A stretch of 64,000 bases of DNA from Phoronis australis (taxonomy: Eukaryota; Animalia; Phoronida): positions 30,352 through 94,351 of the forward strand of contig NMRA01000770.1 of the NCBI GenBank assembly GCA_002633005.1. Direction: 5' to 3'. Shown here piece after piece: positions 25,901 through 37,900 of this stretch (positions are counted from its first letter, which is position 1; each line of letters starts with the position of its first letter). The translations under genes were made by a program, and so were the position numbers. The notes beneath the pieces were generated by a model. It was not told where the DNA came from, searched no databases, and was given only the letters and a program-made list of their open reading frames with translations.

Positions 25901-28900
25901 CGGTACTAAAAACATGCAACAAAGAAAGCTGCTACATTTTTAGCGATAACATGACTCTTTATTTTCTTCAATATCGGTGTACCAGAGAAATCTAGTATTA
26001 TATACAGTGTACAACAACCCTTGCTTTAAGTTTATATGCCGAGTACGACATTATATGCCGAGTGCGATATTATATGCCGTCAACCCAGGGGTAGCATCAC
26101 CATAGGCCCATATTATCATACCATGAGACATCACCATAGGCCCATATTGTCATACCTTGGGGCATCACCATAGGCCCATATTATCATACCTTGGGGCATC
26201 ACCATAGGCCCATATCGCACGTTACAACAACTTTCATGAGAGAGNNNNNNNNNNNNNNNNNNNNNNNNNNNNNNNNNNNNNNNNNNNNNNNNNNNNNNNN
26301 NNNNNNNNNNNNNNNNNNNNNNNNNNNNNNNNNNNNNNNNNNNNNNNNNNNNNNNNNNNNNNNNNNNNNNNNNNNNNNNNNNNNNNNNNNNNNNNNNNNN
26401 NNNNNNNNNNNNNNNNNNNNNNNNNNNNNNNNNNNNNNNNNNNNNNNNNNNNNNNNNNNNNNNNNNNNNNNNNNNNNNNNNNNNNNNNNNNNNNNNNNNN
26501 NNNNNNNNNNNNNNNNNNNNNNNNNNNNNNNNNNNNNNNNNNNNNNNNNNNNNNNNNNNNNNNNNNNNNNNNNNNNNNNNNNNNNNNNNNNNNNNNNNNN
26601 NNNNNNNNNNNNNNNNNNNNNNNNNNNNNNNNNNNNNNNNNNNNNNNNNNNNNNNNNNNNNNNNNNNNNNNNNNNNNNNNNNAGGCTAATGTACGTATTC
26701 AGCAATTTTATTGATCTGGTTTAACTGTCTTCTTTGCACAGGCATTTTCATTGTTTTACATTTTGCCTTTGTTAGATATTCGTTTTTTTGTAAGCTGTAT
26801 ACTCTTCTATTCTACCCTAACTTACAAATTTGCAAGCTGTTTTTTCATGAATCATAGTTGTATCCAATTATAGTTTTCAATACTGTTCTCGACCATGCCT
26901 CCTGTTGGTGTTCATAGGCACCTTTGTAAAATCACTTGATTACAGTGTTGACCCTGTGCTGTCAAACAAATAGATCCTGTGGATTTGCCTTCCCGTGTTT
27001 TTTGGTTTCATTTCAGTCTACCTCTCTGGAAATCAATATTACAACCGAGGTAAAGAGACACGGCCTTGGTCAGCTGTTGTGATCATGTTATTGAAAAATA
27101 TTTGATTAGCTTTGAAGCTAAATGTCCAGTTGTCGTGGTTACGTTGTTGCGTCTGTTTCCAGGAGCAACTCCGATTTTCTGCTGTTCTTATTCTACTGGA
27201 GTACCTGACGGACACGTCAATCTCGCCTCTACAGAGGGACTTTGTCGAGCGGGAAGACCCTTATTGCAGCAAGGTAGCCTTGTTAGCTGTCAGTCATTTG
27301 ACGAATATTTTTTCGGGAAAAATTTAAAGAAAATTTTCTCTCGTCACATATTGATAGTTGTGGAAAACATTGACTTCAAAATTTCAAGAAGTGTGGTTTT
27401 GTTATTGTTTTGTGGGATTTTCACAAAGATTTAGACAATATTGAAATAAGTTAGTCTTCAACAAAGCAAGATTCAAGCTTTTTTGACACGTCTAGATTAT
27501 TCCATTTTTGTATAACTTTTCTGCTTCAAATCTCGGTGACTTCATGTTTTATTGCATTTAATGTATATTACATTATCTCTTTACAAACAAATACCTTAAT
27601 GGTTCATGATGCCGAAAGTCCAAGAGTCTTGCCAAATAACGTCTTGCCTCAAAACCAAACTTTTTGATTTGACAAAGAAATTTTTAATTTTGGCCTTTTA
27701 TTATTAACAGTAACATCGGTCTCACCATGTTCTTTTATTAGATTAGAACTGAATTTTAGTTCTGAAAAGAATTGATCAGAGCAAATAAGGTGGTTGCCAT
27801 GGGTGGGTAATGTCCGGTGCTAAGGCAGTATCACTGCCGGGAGAACAGCAGGAGGTTCGAAACGGAGGATGAGGTCCGTATCTGATTTGTTTTGAAGAAC
27901 AAATTTTTGCAGTGAAAGCGGATGTTTTTTAAAACCAAAACATGGTTTTGAGTATTGTGTAACTGACAACGGCCCTTCAGTACAAAGGCAAAGTTCCTCG
28001 AAATCTGAACTTAATAATAAAAGTCGTGATATAAGCCAAGTTTATAGAAATTATATTTCGAATTACTTCCGCTGTGCACTGATGCAAAGGAACTTTATCT
28101 ATTTAGTTTTTCAATTCTTGTTCCTGTGATTTATTTAAGTCTTTACCTTAACATTAACAGGTTCGCTATTCCATCATTGAGAACTCAGAAGGGTGTATTT
28201 ACTTGAAGTTCGAAAACGTTCCTACCGCCAAGATAAAGGAAATCAAACCACGGTTTGTTTCTTTGCAATTACTTCCCGCTTTCAGCGCACTAAATATTGA
28301 GTGTTTTTAAATGAGATTTTTTCTGATGTACTTTGTAAGAGTTTTAACCTGATTGTTAAATTATTTTTTGGAAAGTTGCGTACGTGGCCGATAAACCAGT
28401 AAATGGTCGTATATAATGTACCTGCAGTTTGAGAACCAGTTCTCTACACTGAGTAACAGGCTTTAAACTGGTTCTCATGATGTGGGCCCAGTATATCCGA
28501 CTATTGCTTGTAAATCTACTCGTACCATCACGACAACTCACCAGTTAATTGTGCTGTAAAATGTAAAGGCGGTCGAGCAGGCGGCAAAACTGAAATCGTG
28601 AGCAGACGACTTTTAATTGTCAATGTGCGTCTGTGTCAGATGCTTCAAGAGTCGTTACAATCTGCCTAGTTCCCTTTTTTTGAGTTACTTAGCCAAAAGG
28701 TGACACTCATTTATCAACATGACTCATGCAGGAGACTGTCTTCAGCTTGTCTGTGTCAGTCAGCAGTTTGTTTGATGTTTTTGCCAAGAGGTGGCGATGA
28801 AAGCACAGAATTCATGGTAGAACGCACGTTATAGGTTTTGCTAAGGTAGATTTTTATAAAACATGGATAAATCCCTGGCCATGCCTTTAAAGTAATGTGA

Positions 28901-31900
28901 ATCTGTACACTTAAAAATTTGGTTGCATTCCGTGGTAACGTTTGGGCTGGCTTGTTGTTGTCGTTTGTTTGATTTTGTCTTGTCTTTTCCAGGCTAATGG
29001 AGACTTTGGAAGGTCTAGTCAACCGGTCTGAGCCAATCAATGAACAGAGGATGAGCGATGTAATTCAGAAGAGGATTCTAGAGTCANGCTTGGGATGAAG
29101 GGACCCAGTCGGTGTGAGTGGGGGGGTGACTAGAGTCACTGAGTCAGGTAGGCTTGGGATGAAGGGACCCAGTCGGTGTGAGTGGGGGGGTGACTAGAGT
29201 CACTGAGTCAGGTAGGCTTGGGATGAAGGGACCCAGTCGGTGTGAGTGGGGGGGTGACTAGAGTCACTGAGTCAGGTAGGCTTGGGATGAAGGGAGCTAG
29301 TCAGTGTGAGTAGGAGGACTGTAAAGATTGTTGAACAGCCCCATTGCAAAGAATGACTTTATTTTCAGCGCACATATAAATTTGTGATCTTTGTTCTGCT
29401 TTTGTGATCCAAAAATCATTATTTATCAGAAAAAAGAAACGGATCGGAATCAAATTAGTGAACGATTCTCGTTTTCTGTTATACTGTTGTCAGAATGGAG
29501 CTCATAGTTTTTTTTAATTTTGAACTTTTTTATTTTATCTTACGTTGATGTTCGCCATTTTTGAACCAATGACGTAGCACACAGTAGAACTTAAAAGATG
29601 GCCTGGTTTGGAGCTTTAATTGACGAAATGCATTTTAATGGGTAACGACCTGCAGTAACCGACAGCACTCGTTACTCGTTGTATTTCCGGCATCCAAACT
29701 TACGAAAATAAACATGATTTTACATGTACTCCAAAATAAAATGACTGTTCCTTATGTAATTGCTCTGCGCATGCCAATAGAAAGTGTGTGTTTACAAATT
29801 AAACAACTATGAGTGATGCGGTAATAGCAAACCTATCATAAGAACCCGGGACGTTAAACGTATAACATTATTTGTGACCGTTTCAGCTTACTCCAGTGTC
29901 AGAGCATGTAACCAAATTAAATCATTATTCTCTTGTAGCTTGAGGAGGACCCACATGACAAGTTTGCGTTTGTTGCTATCGGCGACTTCTTGTATGGGAA
30001 CACGAAAGATGAGGTACTGGCTGAAAAATTTATATTTTCCAGCTGCATTTAATCGAGTTTAGTTTCTAGGTATAGAATCTGATCTATTTTGTATGTTTTT
30101 CTGTAAAATATGGGTTTTGAAAATGCAGTTATAGTTTGAAAAGTCAAAAGACCTCGTGCAGTTATTTTGTGCATTGGTTTGTTGCTATGGTGAATGTCTT
30201 GGGACTTGGTTTATACTACAGCAAAACTGAAAATTTTTATTTTTTCTTAGACTATACATAAATGAAAGCAAATGCAGTCGGTATGTTTGGCTTCAGGGTG
30301 GATCTTTACCTATTGCTAGTGTTTGTTTGTTTGTTTGTTTCTGTGAAACAGGCTCAGTGTGCGATGTGCAGTAGGAAGTGAGAGAGTCAGATTCTCACTT
30401 ATAGTTCTGCAGTGCTGTTGCTATACTTTCTCCACTCCACTCTTCGAATAAGTCACATTTTGTCTGCTTGTATCCAACTTATTCGAGTGTTTGTTTATCG
30501 TATATACCTTTATCTACCTCCAGTTAGAGGAGAGGGTGAACCAGGTGGACAACTTCAAGAAGTTGAAGAAAGAGCCCATGTCATTTTGGACGAGCCTGCT
30601 GCAGACCTACTTTGTGGGCACCAAGTGTGTGGCTGTGTTAGCTGAGCCCAGCACTGGACTGATGGAGGAGTTGGCGGCGGTGGAGAAGGAGCGGGTGAAG
30701 GGGCAGCAGGAGCATTTGGGGGAGGCGGGNNNNNNNNNNNNNNNNNNNNNNNNNNNNNNNNNNNNNNNNNNNNNNNNNNNNNNNNNNNNNNNNNNNNNNN
30801 NNNNNNNNNNNNNNNNNNNNNNNNNNNNNNNNNNNNNNNNNNNNNNNNNNNNNNNNNNNNNNNNNNNNNNNNNNNNNNNNNNNNNNNNNNNNNNNNNNNN
30901 NNNNNNNNNNNNNNNNNNNNNNNNNNNNNNNNNNNNNNNNNNNNNNNNNNNNNNNNNNNNNNNNNNNNNNNNNNNNNNNNNNNNNNNNNNNNNNNNNNNN
31001 NNNNNNNNNNNNNNNNNNNNNNNNNNNNNNNNNNNNNNNNNNNNNNNNNNNNNNNNNNNNNNNNNNNNNNNNNNNNNNNNNNNNNNNNNNNNNNNNNNNN
31101 NNNNNNNNNNNNNNNNNNNNNNNNNNNNNNNNNNNNNNNNNNNNNNNNNNNNNNNNNNNNNNNNNNNNNNNNNNNNNNNNNNNNNNNNNNNNNNNNNNNN
31201 NNNNNNNNNNNNNNNNNNNNNNNNNNNNNNNNNNNNNNNNNNNNNNNNNNNNNNNNNNNNNNNNNNNNNNNNNNNNNNNNNNNNNNNNNNNNNNNNNNNN
31301 NNNNNNNNNNNNNNNNNNNNNNNNNNNNNNNNNNNNNNNNNNNNNNNNNNNNNNNNNNNNNNNNNNNNNNNNNNNNNNNNNNNNNNNNNNNNNNNNNNNN
31401 NNNNNNNNNNNNNNNNNNNNNNNNNNNNNNNNNNNNNNNNNNNNNNNNNNNNNNNNNNNNNNNNNNNNNNNNNNNNNNNNNNNNNNNNNNNNNNNNNNNN
31501 NNNNNNNNNNNNNNNNGTAAATGGATGAGGCGAGTGCGTGTGGGTGAGGTGGGTGGATGAGTGGATGGGTGTACGGGCTGCTTCTGTACATCAGCTTTGA
31601 ACGGCAGTTGAAGTTACAGAAGGTGAAGGAAAGATGGACACATGGGTGGTGGCAATGAGAGGTGAGTCTGAGGTGGAGATGGAGAAGGTACAGGCCATGC
31701 AGCTGAATGAGATGATGATGTGTTGAAGTGGGTGTGTGAGTGAGGTGGGGTGGCTGGGTGATGCGGGTTTGAAGCTGAAATGAGGTTGATACAGTCACTG
31801 AGGCAGGGGGAGGTTGAAGTATGAGGGTGGTGAGGTAGACTTGTAGTTGACCTGATTTGGAATTGAGATGAACTTGTGTTTTCATTGGTGTAGGTAACTA

Positions 31901-34900
31901 AGTTTTTGAGTAAGGTAGATAGTTTGATAAATTTTTGTCACGAAAATTCAACTTTAAACAAATCCACGTTGTCATTGGTTTTCTCAAGGTTAATTAGATT
32001 TCCTGTATGGTTCATAGGTGGAGCCACCTGAGGAGATGATCACCAGTGTGAGTGTACCCAATGTGGAATGTATCAAATTCCATCCAATCACAACTGCCAA
32101 CAGCAGGACCGCACCAGGTGCCATCAAGCAGTTCCCATTGGGTAATANTGCCAGTGCACTTCCAGCTGGACCATGTGAATTCTAATTTTGTCATGGTGAG
32201 TCTGCTATGTATTTCATAAGAACTTGAAGTTTGACCTATATTGCAAACACACGCTCATTGACCTAATTAAAGAGAAGTCTCAGGATGTGTTCTTGGGATG
32301 TGTTGAGTAAGCCTTCCTTGTGAGATTGGTGAGATCATGCGAGTGAAAGGCTAGTGTTGTACTTGTAAACTCGGGACCTTACCAGTGAATACAAGCTGAA
32401 TGGACGCCATTGGAGTGATTGGTCGGCGAGTTTGAAATGTTGGGAAAATGTCCGTAATCTCACTGTTTCCAGTAGCCACAAATTACTATTAATGAGTTAC
32501 TAGTGCTGCTCTGGGCGTTACTTGAGTTACTAGTGTTGCTCTGGGCATTACTTGAGTTACTAGTGTTGCTCTGGGCGTTAGTTGAGTTACTAGTGTTGCT
32601 CTTGGCGTTACTTGAGTTACTAGTGTTGCTCTGGGCATTACTTGAGTTACTTCTTGTGAGAGACTGTTGAATCAAGATTAAAAAGTTGAAATTTAAAGTA
32701 AATTTTTTGCTGCAAACTACCATTTTGCCGCGTCTCTGTTTAGGGGTAGGATGTGCCTAGCATTATTTATGATATCGTTATTTGTAATATCATATTTGTA
32801 GCAATGTGTGTTCATTGCTTTCAAAAAATAACAAAATTAGGGTTTTGGGCTCAGTTGATGAACACATTAGGTGAGAGATGACGTCATTTGACAGAAGGGA
32901 AGCTTCACCTTCATTCTGTTCTCTTAAGAGAATGTGACGCTTGGCTCTAAGTATCACGTCTGTTAGAGGATTTTTCTTTTTTCCTTTATTCCTTCTAATA
33001 AACAAACTCAAAACTACATCTTGCCATTTTTCCTCACACTGTATTGTGGGTAAAACCAAAGATAACAATGACGGTAACAAAATTGTTACAACATGCGCCA
33101 CCTATTGGACAAAGCTAATATTAACATACTAATAATCTAGTGTCTCTTGTGAACGGCGTCTACATAGAGACGAAATCCATGGTGATGTATATTTGAAGAA
33201 AACAAATTATAAGTACAGTTCATTTGAGTGTTGGTGGCTGGGGACACCAACTTCTGGGGGGAACTCGTGAGGGGTGAAAAAGGGCCAATCCAAGCAGTGA
33301 ACACTTGCAATATTGTTGGGGGATGCTCATACTGATAAGACTTGAATGACAACTGTCGATGATTTTTATGCGCCCATATATTTATATGTGGACGCATTAT
33401 GCCGTCATCTCCGTCCGGGCGGCGTCCGTCCGGCGTCTGGCGTCCGGCGTCCGCTGCTTTATCTCCAAAACCCTTTGACATACGTTCATGAAATTTGGCA
33501 CATATGTTCCATTCATGAATGGGACGGCATACGCGAACTTTCGGACAGATCCGACTACCGGTGTGCCCCCTAGTGGCAATTTTAGTTTTTTAAGCTTACC
33601 TTTGTATCTTCAAAAGTCCTGAACGGATTTTCATGAAATTTGGTATGTAGGCACCTATTAGTGAGATGNNNNNNNNNNNNNNNNNNNNNNNNNNNNNNNN
33701 NNNNNNNNNNNNNNNNNNNNNNNNNNNNNNNNNNNNNNNNNNNNNNNNNNNNNNNNNNNNNNNNNNNNNNNNNNNNNNNNNNNNNNNNNNNNNNNNNNNN
33801 NNNNNNNNNNNNNNNNNNNNNNNNNNNNNNNNNNNNNNNNNNNNNNNNNNNNNNNNNNNNNNNNNNNNNNNNNNNNNNNNNNNNNNNNNNNNNNNNNNNN
33901 NNNNNNNNNNNNNNNNNNNNNNNNNNNNNNNNNNNNNNNNNNNNNNNNNNNNNNNNNNNNNNNNNNNNNNNNNNNNNNNNNNNNNNNNNNNNNNNNNNNN
34001 NNNNNNNNNNNNNNNNNNNNNNNNNNNNNNNNNNNNNNNNNNNNNNNNNNNNNNNNNNNNNNNNNNNNNNNNNNNNNNNNNNNNNNNNNNNNNNNNNNNN
34101 NNNNNNNNNNNNNNNNNNNNNNNNNNNNNNNNNNNNNNNNNNNNNNNNNNNNNNNNNNNNNNNNNNNNNNNNNNNNNNNNNNNNNNNNNNNNNNNNNNNN
34201 NNNNNNNNNNNNNNNNNNNNNNNNNNNNNNNNNNNNNNNNNNNNNNNNNNNNNNNNNNNNNNNNNNNNNNNNNNNNNNNNNNNNNNNNNNNNNNNNNNNN
34301 NNNNNNNNNNNNNNNNNNNNNNNNNNNNNNNNNNNNNNNNNNNNNNNNNNNNNNNNNNNGTGGCAGTTTTTTTTTTGCGCCTATGGCTGTATCTCCTAAA
34401 CCGTTCGTAGGATGTTTACGAAATTTAATAAGTGTATTTATATTATGTAAACAACAGACGATGACGACTTTTGGACGGATCCGCCTACCAGTGTGCCCCC
34501 TAATGGCAATTTTATTTTCTTACATTTACCTCTGTATCTTCACAAGTCCTTAACGGATTTTCATGAAATTTGGTATGTAGGCACCTATTAGTGCGATGAC
34601 GCTATCCTCCTGTTTTCGGATAGATTTGACCTAGTTTGCGACACCCAGTGGCCATTTTTACTGTTTTTGAGTCTGTTTTTTGGCGTCCACCCCTCTATCA
34701 ACCAAACCGCTATAAGTATGATTCAGGGCTTGGAATTTCCGCGGAAACGCGGATTTCCGCTTTTTTCAAATGTGCTTTCCGCTTTTTTTATAATATTTCC
34801 GCGTAAAAAAATCGGATTTGATTTAAAATTTCCGCGGCAAATTCCTTTCTTACCGCGACATTGCAGAAGACGTTCACCTCGAAAAGCGGAAGTTGCTCTT

Positions 34901-37900
34901 TATGTTTCGGAGGAACGTAAATTGTCAACATTGCCGGGGCATCTGGACAGCGTGGTGGGATTTTCAATGGCGTCTTGTGTTATTGTTAAGCGCGGCGACA
35001 AATACTACCGCCCTGCAGCCAAAAATGTGTGGGTTGGGAGTGGACGGGCGAGCTAAAAAGGACGCAGACGCACACTACTGATGGTGGTAACGTTTTTTTT
35101 CTTTTTTTTTTTTAGTCCTGATTTTTGTCGGGGAAAGGCTCACATTTACCATTTCAAGATTGGTTATCGGGCTTGATTTGGGCCGTAAAAGTTTCAAAGT
35201 TTCCGCTTTTTTTGTCATTGGTCATTCCAAGCCCTGATGATTGTGAAAATTGGCATGTATGTTCTTACTATGAAGAGGACGGTTGACGCTGAATTTTCCA
35301 TGACTTTGATTACTGTGGCGCCTCCTAGTGGCAGTTTTTTTTGCGCCCATGGCTGTATCTCCCAAACCGTTTGCATGATCTTTACCAAATTTAGCAAGTG
35401 TATTTATGTGATGTTGAGAATGGACGATGACGACTTTAGGATGATTCTGACTACGGGTATGCCTCTAGTGGCAATTTTGGTATTTTACATTGACCTCTGT
35501 ATTTTCATAGGTCTTCAGGTGTATACTTTGTGTTGCTTCGTGACTATGAAGGAAAAGTTCCAAGTAGAAATTTGTTTCTGGCATTCTAATGCTGTGCTAA
35601 TCTTGTATGTTGGTAAATTTGTTTTTAATTCTATGTTTCTGTGGTGCTTTAAGCAACTGATGTATAGGATGTGCTTGTATTATGAAGGTCACTCACATTT
35701 TGCCCCTAGCCTATTGAGGAGACAATGACCATGCCTTTCCATTTGCAAAGTACAACATACTACATATGTGCCCTCTACTGGCCACTTTATGGTACCAATA
35801 AACAACCCTAGAAGGATACCGTATGCGGTGCAATTGTGGGCGCATTTCAACGCTCTGCGTTGCTCTTGTAATAATAAAAGTCTGACAGCCATGCTTTAAA
35901 AAATGATGTGGTCTAACAATCAAGCAATCCAGGAGGCATGTTCTTGCTGTAGTATACTTTTTAAAGAACAAGAAAAGTGGCCAGACATTTTGTATTTAAT
36001 GGCTGTTCTTTGCTAATTAGCCAGATATTTCATAATTAATGACTGCGCTTTGCCTTCTTGTTTCTTTATAGTTTTATGCTCTGCTCAACTCGAGCGCCTT
36101 ACCAAGTGAACTTCAACCTTACATTCCACTCTTCACTGAGGCAATATTTGAGTCGCCTATCATGAGAGATGGAGGTAATAGAGTGACTCCTGTTGGATTG
36201 TTATGAAGCTGATTCTGCAGAATATTTACTCGCTCAAAGAAATGTAAAAGCCAACTATTCCCTTTATGCTATGAGGTAGTTTGTGGAAAATATTGGTTAC
36301 TATCATTGGGTTACTGCACACGTCAGTTTTGTGGTTTTGTTCAGATATGCATAACTGGCTTTAAATCATGTTTCGTAGTTAGTTTTAGCTGGCTAATATG
36401 TTCATAATTTGTGTAATGTATTCATGTGGTTCATTAAGCTTATGATGTGTTGACTCATTATTCCTGCCACTTTTTGAGGGTGTTGGGCCCCCAGGCTCTT
36501 GTTTTAATCATATTTTGACCTCCAGGTTCAAATTTAATCATCAAATTTAAGTTTTGACTGCAGTGCTGAAATGTCGTAATAACCCCATTTTTCAATAATA
36601 AAAGTGCAACTGGCAACCCAAGTTTTATCAAAGCAATCATTTAAGTTTCTAAGTGTTTGCCAAAAAAATTATTTGCCATGACGATTGACATTTCCAGCAT
36701 TTCCCCGTTGCCCCCCACCCTCAACTTAAGTCCTGATGAGAATAGTTTGATTTTAGAATTGACAAGAACTATTAAGTTTCGTCACTGCAGCTGTTCACCA
36801 TGTTTTTGTTTCCAGCCCTCGTACCTTACGAGCAAGTCGTTGCCCAGTTAGCTGCTGACACGGTAAAAAATGGATCCACAGTTGGGGTCACGGGGTCAAG
36901 GTTCATGTGCGGGGACTTTGCTCAGGTCGTCACTATCAAGTTGAAGGTAAAAGTGTCTCATTATGACCACTCTGTTGTGCTGTCAAGCATGAGCAGGGCC
37001 AGGTTTTCAATTATAGTGTAATCCACTTGAGCCTTGGGATTTTTGGCAGACGTGTGTTTTTATTAATTTTAAAAGATTTTGGGAAAGTTGCAGATTCTCT
37101 GATGTCTTTTTCACAAATGTTGGGAAAATGAACTTTTGAAGATTCCAATTTTTTGTCAGAATTTGACTTAATGCGATCGCAGTTGTGGTCAAACAGTTTA
37201 TCTCCTTTGTACATTAATTGTTCCGAATACTTGCTAAGACCTTTTGTCCCTAGTACAAAACGTGTGTCTTCGCTCAATATCTACCAAGTTTATTGAAGGA
37301 CGGATATGTTCCCATTGATGAGAATGTGGTAGTCATTGATTTCCGGATCTGGTTACTGCAATGCCCTTTAGTGACAGAGTTTGTCATGCCTGCCTTCAGT
37401 GACAGATATGGTTCTAGTGTAGAGAGCATGTTACTTTTTGAGAAAGTGTTAGAGCTGGAACTTCATTGCAGATGTATTTCTTCTAATAGAAAGACAGCAT
37501 CTTGCGATTTCACATAGCTTCAACTTGTTGTGCGCCACCTAGTGTCAATTTTAGATATTTTTGGTGTTCGTTATTGGTGCCCACCTTTGTATGTGCCAAG
37601 CAGTGTGGAAAATCATATTCGACACGGGCATTTCTATTGACGGAGACCTGACTGACTTTGATTTTTAGCCACTGTGGACCGTTTTTATTTTTTTGTGTTG
37701 TCTACTAAGTTTAAAAAGATATCAAACCTTGTTTTGACTCCTCAACAAATACTAAAAATGACTTTCCCTTCCAAGTCTCAGAAACGAAAGAGTGCTCTGT
37801 AACCCTCGATAACCCTCAAAAGTGTGTTGAAAATTTTGAAAACTTTTTTCAAGTCTGCTAAACGGGCCAGCATGACCATGCTTTTAATGCATTACCACGG

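Larger units (their letters stand above)
26245..34359. other. Assembly gaps at 26245-26682, 30730-31516 and 33669-34359
   Basis: N runs. Single Ns also occur at 21594, 23537, 25532, 29087, 32148, 39432, 46082 and 57675. Confidence 1.

Noticed and set aside
26191-34553. Long ORFs of 168-415 aa in the ORF track
   Set aside because: They are read-throughs of N gaps.
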